From assembly GCA_027008705.1 (NCBI GenBank), contig JALVEB010000188.1:1-62325 (forward strand): a stretch of 62,325 nt of DNA, read 5' to 3'. A program made the position numbers and the translations under genes. Shown here in pieces: positions 37,023 through 48,067 of this stretch. The number at the start of each line of letters is the position of its first letter. Position 1 is the first letter of the stretch. The notes under the pieces are model-generated. The model searched no databases, had not been told where the DNA came from, and worked only from the letters and a program-made list of their open reading frames with translations. Source of the stretch: Sedimenticola sp. Its GTDB lineage: Bacteria; Pseudomonadota; Gammaproteobacteria; Chromatiales; Chromatiaceae.

Positions 37023-39341
37023 ATGCAGAAGAACCATATCGTCGTGTCACGAACCGATCTTGCTGTGTTGCGCCTGTTGGCGTTTCTCCTTGTTTTGGCG
37101 CTGGCCGGGCGGGCGCTGGCCGCTGGTTTCGTCGTGCGCGATATCCGGATCGACGGCCTGCGCCGGATCTCCCCCGGCATCGTCTTCAACAAGCTGCCCG
37201 TCAAGGTCGGCGAACGCCTGCGTCCCGAGGACAGCGGGCGAATCATCCGCGCGCTGTACAAGACCGGGTATTTCAAGGATGTGCGCCTGGCGCGGGATGG
37301 CGATGTGCTGATCGTGAAGGTCGTCGAGCGGCCGGCGATCGCCGAGATCAAGCTCGAGGGCAACAAGCTGCTGGAAACCGACCAGTTGTTGAAGGCGCTG
37401 AAGGATATCGGCCTGTCCGAGGGCCGGGTCTTCAACCGCGCGGTGCTTGACCGCATCGAACAGGAACTGCGTCGCCAGTATTTCTCGCAGGGCCGTTACG
37501 CGGTTCAGTTGAAGACCACGGTTTCGCCACTGCCGCGCAACCGCGTGGCGATCCGGATCGACATCTCCGAGGGCGAAACCGCGCGCATCAAGCGCATCAA
37601 TATCGTCGGCAACAAAGCCTTCACCGATGAACAGCTGATGGAAGGCTTCAAGTCCGGCGTTCCGGGCTGGCTGGATTTCTTCTCCGACGCCGACCAATAC
37701 TCGCGCCAGAAACTCAGCGCGGACCTGGAAACCCTGCGTTCCTATTACCTCGACCGCGGCTATCTGAGGTTCAAGGTCGATTCGACCCAGGTTTCGATTA
37801 CGCCGGACAAGAAAGACATCTACGTCACCATCAATATCGACGAGGGCGCGCTCTACCGCATCAAGGATATCCGTCTGGCGGGTAAGCTGGTGATCGAACC
37901 GGAAAAACTGTTTCCACTGATTCATCTTGCGCGCGGGCAGCTGTTCTCGCGCAAGGCCGTGGTGCGCAGCGCCGAGCGCATTGATGAGCGCCTCGGCGAT
38001 CTTGGCTACGCTTTCGCCAATGTCAACACCATCCCGGAGATTGATGAAAAGAATCACGAGGTTACGATCACCTTCTACATCGATCCGGGCAAGCGGGTCT
38101 ATGTGCGTCGCGTCGAGATCAGCGGCAACAGCAATACCCGCGACGAGGTGTTGCGCCGCGAGCTGCGCCAACTGGAGCGCGCCTGGTTCTCGAACGCCAA
38201 GACCAAGCTCTCGCGCGAACGCCTGCAACGGCTCGGTTTCTTCGAGGAGGTCAACGTCGAGACGCCGGCTGTGCCGGGTTCGTCCGACGAGGTCGATGTC
38301 AAGATCGCGGTCAAGGAGAAGCCCTCTGGCAACTTCACCGCCGGCCTTGGGCTGTCGCAGTCCGATGGTTTGCTGTTCAATACCAGCATCGCCGAGGACA
38401 ACTTCTTTGGTACCGGCAAACGGGTCGTGCTCGGTCTGAACACCAGCGCGTCGAACACCCTCTACCAGCTTTCCTATACCAACCCGTATTACACCGTCGA
38501 TGGCATCAGTCGGGGTTTCAACCTGAAGTACCGAAAAACCGATTTCCGCGAGTTCGATTCGGCCGACTACAAGACCGATACCGGCACCCTCGGGGTCAAC
38601 TTCGGCATTCCGATCAGTGAATTCAACCGCTTCGGCTTCGGTTTCGATGCCGAATATACCCGGCTGAAACTCGGCGACAATCCGGCCGATGAGATCCGCG
38701 AGTTCGTCGAGCAGGAGGGCGACCGCTTCTGGAATTTCCGCGCCAATCTGTTCTGGTCACACGATTCGCGTGATTCGGCGATCTTCCCGACGCGTGGCAG
38801 CAGTTCGCGTTTCTTCGCCAAGGTCACCGTGCCCGGAAGCGACCTGACCTATTACAAAATCGGCCTGAAGCACCGCCAGTATATCCCGCTGAACAAGACC
38901 TTTACGCTGGGTCTCTATGCCGATCTCGCTTACGGAGACGGCTATGGCAATACCGGCCCGCTGCCGTTCTTCGACAATTTCTTCGCCGGGGGGTTTACCA
39001 CGGTACGCGGTTTCCGGCGGAACTCGCTGGGTCCACGCGATTCCAACGGCGATCCGATCGGCGGCAATCTGCGCGTGGTCGGAAATGCCGAGTTGTTGTT
39101 TCCGCCGCCGTTCAAGTCGACGCGGAACAGTATGAGGCTCGCGGCTTTTTTCGATATCGGCAACGTGTATGATACGAATCGGGACGGCTTCGACAGCGGT
39201 TCATTGCGTTATTCCACCGGTTTGGCGATGACTTGGTTGTCGCCGGTTGGTATATTGACGCTGGGCTATGGGTTTCCGCTCAACGACCAGGAAGGCGATG
39301 ACACGGAATCCCTGCAATTCAGTTTTGGCACCTCGTTCTAG
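37023..39341 (+). CDS. bamA: Outer membrane protein assembly factor BamA
   Basis: POTRA repeats followed by a C-terminal beta-barrel ending in [10 protein letters not shown]. The start is chosen just before the signal peptide ([15 protein letters not shown]); the listed start 36936 is also possible. Confidence 0.9.
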   Translation: MQKNHIVVSRTDLAVLRLLAFLLVLALAGRALAAGFVVRDIRIDGLRRISPGIVFNKLPVKVGERLRPEDSGRIIRALYKTGYFKDVRLARDGDVLIVKVVERPAIAEIKLEGNKLLETDQLLKALKDIGLSEGRVFNRAVLDRIEQELRRQYFSQGRYAVQLKTTVSPLPRNRVAIRIDISEGETARIKRINIVGNKAFTDEQLMEGFKSGVPGWLDFFSDADQYSRQKLSADLETLRSYYLDRGYLRFKVDSTQVSITPDKKDIYVTINIDEGALYRIKDIRLAGKLVIEPEKLFPLIHLARGQLFSRKAVVRSAERIDERLGDLGYAFANVNTIPEIDEKNHEVTITFYIDPGKRVYVRRVEISGNSNTRDEVLRRELRQLERAWFSNAKTKLSRERLQRLGFFEEVNVETPAVPGSSDEVDVKIAVKEKPSGNFTAGLGLSQSDGLLFNTSIAEDNFFGTGKRVVLGLNTSASNTLYQLSYTNPYYTVDGISRGFNLKYRKTDFREFDSADYKTDTGTLGVNFGIPISEFNRFGFGFDAEYTRLKLGDNPADEIREFVEQEGDRFWNFRANLFWSHDSRDSAIFPTRGSSSRFFAKVTVPGSDLTYYKIGLKHRQYIPLNKTFTLGLYADLAYGDGYGNTGPLPFFDNFFAGGFTTVRGFRRNSLGPRDSNGDPIGGNLRVVGNAELLFPPPFKSTRNSMRLAAFFDIGNVYDTNRDGFDSGSLRYSTGLAMTWLSPVGILTLGYGFPLNDQEGDDTESLQFSFGTSF

Positions 39342-39354
39342 GGTTGAGAGATAT

Positions 39355-39879
39355 ATGACTTCCAGATATTTGATGCGTTGCATGGTTTTCGGAGCCTTGG
39401 CGATGCTGAGCGCGGCGGCGTTCGGCGAGAGCCGGGTCGCCTTCGTCGATGCCGACAAGGTGGTCGAGAATTCACCTCAGTACGAAGCGGCCCGCGCGGC
39501 GATCCAGCGCGAGTTTTCGCGGCGCGAGAACGATCTGTTGGCCAAGCAGAAGTCGTTGAAGAAGCTCGAGGCCAAACTGGCCAAGAACGCCAAGATCATG
39601 AGCGAATCGGAAGCCAAGCGGCTGGAGCGCGAGGTCATCAGCCGCCGTCGTCAGCTGAAGAACGCCAAGCAGGAGTTTCGCGAGGATCTGACGCTGCGTC
39701 AGAACGAGGAATTCAACAAGCTGCGGCGTCAGGTCATCGAGGTGATCAAGGAGATCGGCAAGGCGAGGAACCTGGACCTGGTCTTTTCGGTGGGCGTCGT
39801 CTATGTCGACCCGCGTGTCGATATCTCGGATCAGGTATTGAAACGGCTGCGCAAGCGTTTCAAGAAAAGAAGAAAATAG
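39355..39879 (+). CDS. skp: Periplasmic chaperone Skp (OmpH)
   Basis: Signal peptide plus a Lys/Glu-rich coiled coil, in the position between bamA and lpxD. Confidence 0.85.
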   Translation: MTSRYLMRCMVFGALAMLSAAAFGESRVAFVDADKVVENSPQYEAARAAIQREFSRRENDLLAKQKSLKKLEAKLAKNAKIMSESEAKRLEREVISRRRQLKNAKQEFREDLTLRQNEEFNKLRRQVIEVIKEIGKARNLDLVFSVGVVYVDPRVDISDQVLKRLRKRFKKRRK

Positions 39880-39885
39880 TCTCCG

Positions 39886-40923
39886 GTGCGCGACGGTATT
39901 CCGCATAGCCTCGGCGAGCTGGCCGAGGCGATCGGCGCGCGCGTTCGAGGGGATGCGGATCGGCGCGTGCGGCGCGTCGACGTGCTCGAGTTCGCCGACG
40001 GAGAGGCCCTCGCTTTTCTCGCCAATTCGCGTTATCGCAAGTTCCTGAAGGATTGTCGCGCCGGCGCGGTGATTCTCGCCGAGGCCGATCTCGAAGCCTG
40101 TCCGGTCGATGCCCTGGTGATGGAGAATCCCTACCTCGGATTCGCCCGCGCGGCGGCCCGGCTTTATCCCGAGGAACCGGGTCGACCGGGCGTGCATCCG
40201 GACGCGACCCTGTCTCCCGAGGCGGAGCTCGGTCGTGATGTCGTGATCGAGGCGCGCGCGGTGATCGAGGCCGGCGCGCGGCTTGGCGATGGCTGCCGCA
40301 TCGGCGCGGGTTGCTATATCGGGCGCGAAGTGCATATCGGCGCCGGAACGCGCCTGTTCCCCAATGTTACGGTGTGCGAGGGGGTCGAGATCGGCGCCCG
40401 CTGTCGGATTCAGCCGGGCGCCGTGATCGGAAGCGATGGGTTCGGCCTGGCGCGCGAAGCGGGCGGCGGTTGGGTGCGCGTGCCGCAGTTGGGTTCGGTC
40501 CGCATCGGTGACGATGTCGACATCGGAGCCAACACCACGGTCGATCGCGGCGCGCTGCGGGATACCGTGATCGCCGATGATGCGCGTCTCGATAACCTGA
40601 TCCAGGTTGCGCACAACGTGGAGATCGGCGAACACAGCGCCCTGGCGGCGTTCGTCGGCATCTCCGGTTCGAGCCGCATCGGCGCGAACTGCACGCTGGC
40701 CGGCGCGGCCGGGTTGGTGGGGCATATCGAGCTCGCCGACCAAGTGCATATTACCGGCATGACGATGGTGACTCGTTCGCTGAACGAGGCGGGCGCCTAC
40801 TCCGGCAATATCCCCGCGATGCCAGCGCGTGAATGGAAAAAGGCGGTGGTCCGTTTCCGCCGACTCGATGATCTGGCCACGCGTCTGCGCGAGCTGGAGA
40901 AACGGCTGGGACCGTCGGATTGA
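39886..40923 (+). CDS. lpxD: UDP-3-O-acylglucosamine N-acyltransferase
   Basis: Hexapeptide-repeat left-handed beta-helix, 345 aa, in conserved context. GTG start. Confidence 0.9.
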   Translation: MRDGIPHSLGELAEAIGARVRGDADRRVRRVDVLEFADGEALAFLANSRYRKFLKDCRAGAVILAEADLEACPVDALVMENPYLGFARAAARLYPEEPGRPGVHPDATLSPEAELGRDVVIEARAVIEAGARLGDGCRIGAGCYIGREVHIGAGTRLFPNVTVCEGVEIGARCRIQPGAVIGSDGFGLAREAGGGWVRVPQLGSVRIGDDVDIGANTTVDRGALRDTVIADDARLDNLIQVAHNVEIGEHSALAAFVGISGSSRIGANCTLAGAAGLVGHIELADQVHITGMTMVTRSLNEAGAYSGNIPAMPAREWKKAVVRFRRLDDLATRLRELEKRLGPSD

Positions 40924-40984
40924 CAATGACAAGCCCCGATGCGGGGCGCAAAGCGATTACCGCGGGGTTTGAACATTGATTCGC

Positions 40985-41416
40985 ATGGACATCAACCAGG
41001 TGATGAGTCGCTTGCCTCATCGCTATCCCTTTCTGCTCGTCGACCGGGTGCTCGAGTGCGAGCCGGGCGAGCGCCTGCTGGCGTTGAAGAACGTCACCTT
41101 CAACGAGCATTTCTTCCAGGGTCATTTCCCCGTCAAACCGATCATGCCCGGGGTGTTGATCATCGAAGCGTTGGCCCAGGCGACGGGCCTGTTGGCGATG
41201 GAGACCGAGCCGGACAAGGTGGGTGATTCGTTGTACTACTTTGTCGGTATCGACAATGCGCGTTTCAAGCGACCGGTGGTGCCCGGGGATCAACTCGAAC
41301 TCGAGGTCTGGTTCGACAAGGAGCGCCGCAATATCTGGAAGTTCAACGGCGAGGCGCGCGTTGGAGGCAAGATCGCGGCGTCGGCGGTGATTATGTGCAC
41401 CGCGGTGGATATCTGA
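40985..41416 (+). CDS. fabZ: 3-hydroxyacyl-ACP dehydratase FabZ
   Basis: [22 protein letters not shown]...FFQGHFP. Confidence 0.92.
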   Translation: MDINQVMSRLPHRYPFLLVDRVLECEPGERLLALKNVTFNEHFFQGHFPVKPIMPGVLIIEALAQATGLLAMETEPDKVGDSLYYFVGIDNARFKRPVVPGDQLELEVWFDKERRNIWKFNGEARVGGKIAASAVIMCTAVDI

Positions 41417-41417
41417 T

Positions 41418-42191
41418 GTGATTCACCCGCGGGCGCTCGTCGACAGCGCGGCCGAACTGGACGAGGGTGTCCGCGTCGGCGCTCATGCGATCGTCGAGGC
41501 TGGCGTGCGTATCGGCGCGGGCAGTTCGATCGGTCCGCATGCCATCGTGCGCTCGGGCACCCGCATGGGGCGCGACAACCGGATCTTCCAGTTCGCTTCC
41601 GTTGGCGAGGATCCTCAAGACAAGAAATACGGCGGCGAAGCCACCGAACTGATCCTCGGCGATCGCAACGTGGTGCGTGAGTTCGTCACCCTGAACCGGG
41701 GTACCGCGCAGGATGCGGGCGCAACGCGCATCGGTGACGACAACCTGTTGATGGCCTATATCCACGTCGCCCACGATTGCCAGATCGGCAACCACTGCAT
41801 CCTCGCCAATGCCGCTTCGCTCGGTGGGCATGTGCAGGTCGCCGATTATGCGATTCTTGGCGGTTTTACGATCGTCCATCAGTTCTGCCGCATCGGACGG
41901 CACAGCTTCAGCCAGATGGGCAGCATGGTGCAGAAGGACATTCCGCCCTATGTGTTGGTCGGCGGTCATCCGGCGGAATCCCATGGCATCAATGCCGAGG
42001 GGCTGAAGCGGCGCGGCTTCTCGAGCGATACCATCCAGACGATCAAGCGCGCCTATCGCAAGCTGTTCAAGACCCGGGGGCTGTTGTTGGGGGAGGCCGC
42101 GCGGCAGGTCGAGGCCGAGCTCGGCGGGGTGCCGGAGGTGCGTGAGCTGCTCGATTTCATCGCCAGCAGCCGGCGTGGCGTGATCCGTTAG
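41418..42191 (+). CDS. lpxA: Acyl-ACP:UDP-N-acetylglucosamine O-acyltransferase
   Basis: Hexapeptide repeats and conserved context. GTG start. Confidence 0.9.
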   Translation: MIHPRALVDSAAELDEGVRVGAHAIVEAGVRIGAGSSIGPHAIVRSGTRMGRDNRIFQFASVGEDPQDKKYGGEATELILGDRNVVREFVTLNRGTAQDAGATRIGDDNLLMAYIHVAHDCQIGNHCILANAASLGGHVQVADYAILGGFTIVHQFCRIGRHSFSQMGSMVQKDIPPYVLVGGHPAESHGINAEGLKRRGFSSDTIQTIKRAYRKLFKTRGLLLGEAARQVEAELGGVPEVRELLDFIASSRRGVIR

Positions 42192-42197
42192 CCTGCA

Positions 42198-42361
42198 TAT
42201 GCCCGTCGCCCATGGATTTTCGGTTTTTTTCGGCCGTTTCTCGCGTCCGTGGGCCAGGCGTAGAAGCGAGCCATAGCCCATTCTATGGCGAGTTTCCGTA
42301 AGAGCGTCCACGGGTGAGAGGGGCGGTCGCAGTGGCTGAATATTCGTGGGCGGCGAGTATA
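42198..42361 (+). mobile_element. MITE-like repeat, copy B (full length)
   Basis: tatgcccgtcgcccatggattttcgg ... ctgaatattcgtgggcggcgagtata. Lies between the lpxA stop and the lpxB start. Confidence 0.85.
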
Positions 42362-42407
42362 TACTCGTCGCCCATGAATTTTCGCGGTAGCCGAAGGTTC
42401 ATGCGCT
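42358..42407. repeat. Mini-derivative of the MITE (two terminal repeats only), abutting copy B
   Basis: tatactcgtcgcccatgaattttcg-cggtagc-cgaaggttcatgcg forms a hairpin made only of terminal-repeat sequence. It ends about 28 nt before the lpxB ATG. Confidence 0.6.
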
Positions 42408-42434
42408 GCAAATTTCGAGCAACAGGTTTAGAGC

Positions 42435-43583
42435 ATGAGAATCTGCGTCGTGGCCACCGAACCATCGGGGGATCAGCTAGGGGCCGGCCTGATCGATGCG
42501 TTGCGCGCGCGCTGGCCCGGGGCGCGTTTCGAGGGCATCGGCGGGCCGCGCATGATGGCTGCGGGGCTGGTATCCGAGGCGCCGATGGAAAAGCTCTCGG
42601 TGATGGGGCTGACCGAGATTCTCCGCCATCTGCCGGAACTGCTCGGCATTCGTCACGCCCTGCGTAGACGCCTGCTGGCCGATCCGCCTGTCTTGTTCAT
42701 CGGCATCGACGCGCCGGATTTCAATCTCGGTCTGGAACGGTGCTTGAAACAGGCGGGTGTTCCGGTGGCGCACTATGTCAGCCCGACCGTCTGGGCCTGG
42801 CGTGGCGGTCGCGTGAAAACCCTGCGTCAGGCGACCGACCTGGTGTTGTGCATCTTTCCGTTCGAGCAGGAGTTCCTGCGCGCGCGCGGGGTCAACGCCT
42901 TGTTCGTCGGCCATCCGCTGGCCACGCGCTATCCCTTGCAGTGCGCTACCGATGCCGCTCGCGAGCGCCTCGGGATCGACGGGCGGGGGCCGGTTCTGGC
43001 GCTGCTGCCGGGTAGTCGCGACAGCGAGGTGCGACGCTTGTCCGAACCATTTCTGCGCAGCGCCTTGGCCCTGCAACGGTCGCTGCCCGGGCTGCGCGTG
43101 CTGACCCCGTTGGCCAGCGCCGCCACCGCGCGCGCCTTCGAGACGGCGCGCGCGCGTTTCGCGCCGTCGTTGCGTATCACGACCTGGACGGATCGCACCA
43201 GCGACGTTCTCGCCGCCGCCGACGTGGTGCTGACAGCCTCCGGCACCGCCACCCTCGAGGCCCTGTTGTGCAAGAAGCCGATGGTCGTCGGCTACCGTGT
43301 CGCGGCTTCCACCTACTGGATTGCGCGACTGCTGAAATTGGTCGAGACACCGCATTTTGCGATGGCCAACCTGCTCGCCGATGAGCGCCTCGCGCCCGAG
43401 TTCATCCAGCGGCAATGCGTCGAAGGGAAGCTGGTGCCGGCGCTGCGGCGTTTCTTCGACGATGCGGCTTTGCGCGCGAAGATCGCGCAACGTTATACCG
43501 GGATTCACCGGCGCATGCTTCTGAACGCCGATGCCAAGGCGGCCGAAGCCATCGCCGGCTTGCTGGAGCGCCAGCCGGAGTAA
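42435..43583 (+). CDS. lpxB: Lipid-A-disaccharide synthase
   Basis: MRICVVATEPSGDQLGAGLI, 382 aa. Confidence 0.9.
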   Translation: MRICVVATEPSGDQLGAGLIDALRARWPGARFEGIGGPRMMAAGLVSEAPMEKLSVMGLTEILRHLPELLGIRHALRRRLLADPPVLFIGIDAPDFNLGLERCLKQAGVPVAHYVSPTVWAWRGGRVKTLRQATDLVLCIFPFEQEFLRARGVNALFVGHPLATRYPLQCATDAARERLGIDGRGPVLALLPGSRDSEVRRLSEPFLRSALALQRSLPGLRVLTPLASAATARAFETARARFAPSLRITTWTDRTSDVLAAADVVLTASGTATLEALLCKKPMVVGYRVAASTYWIARLLKLVETPHFAMANLLADERLAPEFIQRQCVEGKLVPALRRFFDDAALRAKIAQRYTGIHRRMLLNADAKAAEAIAGLLERQPE

Positions 43584-43673
43584 GGAGTAATCATCGATGA
43601 ACCAATGGTCTCGACCCGCTTTTGTTTTGTCCGGCTTGCCGGCAGCCCGCCGTCAGTCTGCTTGGAGTGGCGC

Positions 43674-44252
43674 ATGAGCCGGCGGCTTTGCGGTGTCGAT
43701 GAGGCCGGGCGAGGTCCGCTCGCCGGGCCGGTCGTGGCCGCCGCGGTGATTTTGGATCCGGCGCGACCGATCGACGGCCTGCGCGATTCGAAGAAGCTCG
43801 GCGAGCCACGGCGCGAGGCGTTGGCGGCGCGGATTCGCAAGCAGGCCCTGGGGTGGGCGCTCGGACGCGCTGAGGTCGAGGAGATCGATCGGCTCAATAT
43901 CCATCACGCGACCCTGTTGGCGATGCGGCGCGCGGTAGAGGCGCTGAAACCGCGTCCCACGGAGGTGCTGGTCGATGGTCGTTTCTGCCCACAACTGGAT
44001 CTTCCGACGCGCGCGTTGGTCGGCGGCGATGGCATCGAGGAGTCGATCAGCGCCGCTTCGATCATCGCCAAGGTGGCGCGTGACCACGAGATGATCCATC
44101 TCGATCGGGAATGGCCCGGCTACGGTTTCGCGCGGCACAAGGGCTACCCGACGAAGGCGCATCTCGCGGCGTTGGAAACGCTCGGCGTGACGCCGATCCA
44201 TCGGCGCTCGTTCGCGCCGGTGCGACGCCGCCTGGAGGCCGCCACGCGATGA
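43674..44252 (+). CDS. rnhB: Ribonuclease HII
   Basis: [21 protein letters not shown]. The start is moved to MSRRLCG. Confidence 0.9.
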   Translation: MSRRLCGVDEAGRGPLAGPVVAAAVILDPARPIDGLRDSKKLGEPRREALAARIRKQALGWALGRAEVEEIDRLNIHHATLLAMRRAVEALKPRPTEVLVDGRFCPQLDLPTRALVGGDGIEESISAASIIAKVARDHEMIHLDREWPGYGFARHKGYPTKAHLAALETLGVTPIHRRSFAPVRRRLEAATR

Positions 44253-45097
44253 CCGTCCATGATCTGCACTGCCACTCCACCGCCTCCGATGGCACCCTGA
44301 GTCCGGGCGCGCTGGTCCGCCATGCCGCCTCGGTCGGTGTCGACGTCCTTGCGCTGACCGACCATGACACCACCGCCGGCATCGCCGAGGCCGGGCGCGA
44401 GGCGGCTGTCCAAGGGCTGACGTTGCTTCCCGGGGTCGAGATCTCGGTCAGTTGGCGCGGCGCGACAGTACATATCGTCGGTTTGCGCGTCGATCCCGAC
44501 GATCATGCGCTGGCCACCGGGCTGGCGCGACTGCGCGCGTTTCGCGACTGGCGCGCGCAAGAGATCGGCCGGCGTCTCGCGGAGAAGGGGATCCCCGGCG
44601 CCTACGAGGGCGCGCGCGCCCGTTCCGGCGGCGCCCTCATCGGACGCACCCACTTTGCGCGCTTTCTCGTTGCCCGGGGCTATGCGCGTGATACGCGTGA
44701 AGTCTTCCGCCATTATCTTGTGCGTGGCAAGCCGGGGCATGTCGCCGGAGACTGGGCCGGACTTGACGAGGCGGTCGGTTGGATTCGCAACGCCGGCGGG
44801 CGCGCGGTGATCGCCCATCCGGCGCGCTATCGCATGACACGCACCCGGCTGCGCAAGCTGATCGCCGAGTTCCGCGATGCCGGCGGTGAGGCGCTGGAGG
44901 TAGTCTCCGGTAGCCACAGCCGCGACGAAGCCTATACAATGGCGCGCCACGCCGCTGATTTCGGCCTGCTGGCTTCAGCCGGCTCCGACTACCATGGTCC
45001 GGAAAATCCGTGGGTAGAGATGGGCCGACTGGCCGACCTGCCACCGGGTTGCCGGCCCGTATGGCATGATTGGTCGCTGGTTACCGGCACGGCATGA
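44249..45097 (+). CDS. PHP-domain phosphoesterase (TrpH/YciV, RNase AM-like)
   Basis: [15 protein letters not shown]...[12 protein letters not shown] overlap with rnhB. Confidence 0.85.
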   Translation: MTVHDLHCHSTASDGTLSPGALVRHAASVGVDVLALTDHDTTAGIAEAGREAAVQGLTLLPGVEISVSWRGATVHIVGLRVDPDDHALATGLARLRAFRDWRAQEIGRRLAEKGIPGAYEGARARSGGALIGRTHFARFLVARGYARDTREVFRHYLVRGKPGHVAGDWAGLDEAVGWIRNAGGRAVIAHPARYRMTRTRLRKLIAEFRDAGGEALEVVSGSHSRDEAYTMARHAADFGLLASAGSDYHGPENPWVEMGRLADLPPGCRPVWHDWSLVTGTA

Positions 45098-45114
45098 GCA
45101 AGAGTAGTAGAGCA

Positions 45115-45738
45115 ATGGCGCAGTTCTTCCAGATCCATCCCGACAACCCACAGCCACGGCTGATTCGTGGCGCGGTCGAGACCTTGCGCGGCGGCGGCCT
45201 GATCATCTACCCGACCGACTCCAGCTATGCCCTGGGCTGCCGCATCGGCGACAAGGCGGCGATGGATCGCATCCGCGAGATTCGTCGCCTCGGCCCCAAC
45301 CACAACTTCACGCTGGTCACGCGCGATCTCTCCGAGATTTCGCAATACGCCAAGGTCGGCAATGAACAGTACCGCCTGATCAAAACCCTGACCCCGGGTC
45401 CGTACACCTTTCTGCTGAAGGCCACCCGTCAGGTGCCGAAGCGGCTTCAGCACCCCAAGCGCAAGACCATCGGCATCCGCGTACCCGACAATGCCATCAG
45501 CCAGGCTTTGCTCGAAGAGCTCGGCGAGCCGATCATGAGCAGCACCCTGATGCTGCCCGGCGACGAGATGCCGCTGACCGATCCTTACGATATCAAAGAC
45601 ACTCTTGGCCACGCCGTCGACCTGATCATCGACGGGGGCTATTGCGGTTTCGAACCGACCACTGTGATCGATCTCACCGACGACGCCCCGACCATCGTGC
45701 GCCAGGGCAAGGGCGAATGCGCCCATCTTTGCGACTAA
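45115..45738 (+). CDS. yciO: YciO (TsaC/Sua5/YrdC-fold) protein
   Basis: [17 protein letters not shown]...[12 protein letters not shown]...NHNFTLV closely parallels E. coli YciO as I recall it. Confidence 0.85.
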   Translation: MAQFFQIHPDNPQPRLIRGAVETLRGGGLIIYPTDSSYALGCRIGDKAAMDRIREIRRLGPNHNFTLVTRDLSEISQYAKVGNEQYRLIKTLTPGPYTFLLKATRQVPKRLQHPKRKTIGIRVPDNAISQALLEELGEPIMSSTLMLPGDEMPLTDPYDIKDTLGHAVDLIIDGGYCGFEPTTVIDLTDDAPTIVRQGKGECAHLCD

Positions 45739-45763
45739 TCATCCACCAGAGCGGGAGCCTCTC

Positions 45764-47404
45764 ATGCCACAACCCATCGAACTGCCGATCTGGGCCGAGT
45801 TGCAGGCCCATCACCAGCGGATCAGCGGCCTTCACATGCGTGACCTGTTCGATGCCGATCCGCAACGCTTCGAACGTTTCTCGGTAGAGGCCGGCGACTT
45901 TCTGCTCGATTACTCGAAGAACCGCATCACCGATGAAACCCTGCCCTTGCTGCTGCGCCTCGCCCGCGACCGGCGGTTGGAGGCATGGCGCGATCGTATG
46001 TTCGATGGGGAGCGCATCAACAACACCGAGGGCCGCGCGGTGCTGCATACCGCGTTGCGCAACCGCTCCGGGCGGCCGGTGTTCGTCGATGGCGAGGATG
46101 TGATGCCGGCGGTGCGGGCGGTGCTCCAGCGCATGCGCGATTTCAGCGCGCGGGTACGCGAGGGCGACTGGACCGGATGTAGCGGCCAACGCATCCGCGA
46201 CGTCGTCAACATCGGCATCGGCGGCTCCGATCTCGGTCCTTTGATGGTCTGTCACGCGTTGGCCGGCTGCGACGAACAACCGTTGCGGGTCCACTTCGTC
46301 TCGAACGTCGATGGTTGCATGATCGAGCAGGTGCTGAGCGATCTGAACCCGGAAACCACTCTGTTCATCGTCGCCTCGAAGACCTTCACCACCCAGGAGA
46401 CGATGACCAACGCCCACAGCGCGCGGGACTGGTATCTGCGGGCAACCGGCGACGAGGCCGGCATCGCGCGTCATTTCGTCGCCGTTTCGACCAACCGCGA
46501 AGCCGTCGCCGCGTTCGGCATCGACACCGCGCACATGTTCGAGTTCTGGGAATGGGTCGGAGGGCGCTATTCGCTGTGGTCGGCCATCGGCCTGTCGATC
46601 GCGCTGGCGGTCGGTTTCGATGCCTTCGAACAGTTGCTCGACGGCGCGCACTGGATGGACGAGCACTTTCGACACGCGCCGCTGGAACGCAACCTGCCGG
46701 TGATCCTCGGCCTGCTCGGTGTCTGGTACGTCAACTTCTTCGGCGCCGAGACCCACGCCATCCTGCCATACGACTACCTGCTGCAATTCCTGCCGAATCA
46801 CCTGCAACAACTGGACATGGAGAGCAACGGGAAATCGGTGGATCGCGACGGCCGCGCGGTGGGCTATGCCACCGGCCCGATCGTCTGGGGCGCGCCGGGT
46901 ATCAACGGCCAACATGCCTTCTATCAGCTGATCCACCAGGGCACCCATCTGGTTCCAGCCGACTTCATCGCGTCTCGCCGTCCGCGCACCCGTCTGACGC
47001 ACCATCACGAGATCGTGTTGTCGAACTTCCTCGCCCAGACCGAGGCGCTGATGCGTGGCCGCACGCGCGACGAGGCATTGGCCCTTCAGCGAGCCGCCGG
47101 CGTATCCGGGGAAGTCATCGAACAGCGCGTTGCGCAGATGGTATTCCCCGGCAACAACCCGACCAACTCGCTGATCGTCGAGCGCCTCACGCCGCATTCG
47201 CTCGGTGCGCTGATCGCCTTGTATGAGCACAAGGTGTTCGTGCAAGGCGTGATCTGGAACCTGAACTCGTTCGACCAATGGGGTGTGGAGCTCGGCAAGC
47301 AGCTTGCCAGCCGCATCCTGCCGGAACTGCGCTCCGGCCGGCTCGAACAGGCTCATGACGCCTCCACCGAAGGTCTGATCCGCTACCTGCTGGCGAAACG
47401 CTGA
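45764..47404 (+). CDS. pgi: Glucose-6-phosphate isomerase
   Basis: 546 aa. [23 protein letters not shown] and [11 protein letters not shown]. Confidence 0.93.
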   Translation: MPQPIELPIWAELQAHHQRISGLHMRDLFDADPQRFERFSVEAGDFLLDYSKNRITDETLPLLLRLARDRRLEAWRDRMFDGERINNTEGRAVLHTALRNRSGRPVFVDGEDVMPAVRAVLQRMRDFSARVREGDWTGCSGQRIRDVVNIGIGGSDLGPLMVCHALAGCDEQPLRVHFVSNVDGCMIEQVLSDLNPETTLFIVASKTFTTQETMTNAHSARDWYLRATGDEAGIARHFVAVSTNREAVAAFGIDTAHMFEFWEWVGGRYSLWSAIGLSIALAVGFDAFEQLLDGAHWMDEHFRHAPLERNLPVILGLLGVWYVNFFGAETHAILPYDYLLQFLPNHLQQLDMESNGKSVDRDGRAVGYATGPIVWGAPGINGQHAFYQLIHQGTHLVPADFIASRRPRTRLTHHHEIVLSNFLAQTEALMRGRTRDEALALQRAAGVSGEVIEQRVAQMVFPGNNPTNSLIVERLTPHSLGALIALYEHKVFVQGVIWNLNSFDQWGVELGKQLASRILPELRSGRLEQAHDASTEGLIRYLLAKR

Positions 47405-47448
47405 GCCTTGATTGTTCCAGCGACGTCAGGTTCCTGTCGTTTGTCGGT

Positions 47449-47520
47449 TTGTCGCCCATGAGCTTTCGGTTCAAGCGAAGTGGAAGCGGCTTCGGCACTG
47501 CTCAGTCAACATGAGCGTTA
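47449..47520. repeat. Possible degenerate remnant of the MITE terminal repeat
   Basis: gtcgcccatgagctttcgg resembles the terminal repeat tcgcccatgaattttcgg. The partner arm is weak. Confidence 0.3.
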
Positions 47521-47539
47521 GCGGGCCGCTTTTTCGCGG

Positions 47540-48064
47540 TCACTTGCTTCTCAGCAATACCGAGTCCGCGCCGGGAAGCTTCAGCCGGTTCTCCAGTCGC
47601 CAGCTGTCATCCGGAGGACTCAGGCGGATATGCCAGTTGGCGGGCGGGATCGGATCCGGAAGCGTCGCGCGGAAGCGACCTTGGCCGAGCGCTTCCATCG
47701 GCATCTTCATGTCGTGGTGGGCGCGGGTCGGGTGGATCAGTTGCAGCACCAGCGCCCCGATCGGTGCGCCGGCGCGCTGATGCAGCGTGACCTCCATATG
47801 ATGGCTCACCGGATCGAAGCGGACATGGGCTTCCAGGCCGAGCGTGCGCGCCCGTTCGTCCTTGGCCAGGTCTTTGTTGATCGCCAGCCCGTCCTTGTAG
47901 TAGTCGTCGCTGACGAGGCCGTCGTCGGTGTCCAGCGCCAGGTGCAGGGTGATGAACCCGGCGATCACCGCCGACAGCGGCAGACTGATCAAAAACCAGG
48001 GCCAGAACTGGCGGTACCAGGGCTTGGTATCCAGGCGTTCTCGTGTGTCATGGGTGGCATGCAT
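47540..48064 (-). CDS. ccoH: FixH/CcoH-family cbb3 oxidase assembly protein
   Basis: PWYRQFWPWFLISLPL N-terminal TM segment, 174 aa, directly downstream of ccoG. Confidence 0.75.
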   Translation of the reverse strand: MHATHDTRERLDTKPWYRQFWPWFLISLPLSAVIAGFITLHLALDTDDGLVSDDYYKDGLAINKDLAKDERARTLGLEAHVRFDPVSHHMEVTLHQRAGAPIGALVLQLIHPTRAHHDMKMPMEALGQGRFRATLPDPIPPANWHIRLSPPDDSWRLENRLKLPGADSVLLRSK

Positions 48065-48067
48065 GGC

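Noticed and set aside
34166-37456. 1096-aa antisense ORF opposite cdsA/dxr/rseP/bamA. The track holds similar long antisense ORFs, e.g. 23844..25826, 8878..10437, 14448..16103, 45674..47356, 4093..5133 and 58082..59512.
   Set aside because: These are typical GC-rich stop-codon-poor antisense frames. Their composition is dominated by Arg/Ala/Gly/Pro, they have no motifs, and each lies opposite a gene with unambiguous conserved signatures.
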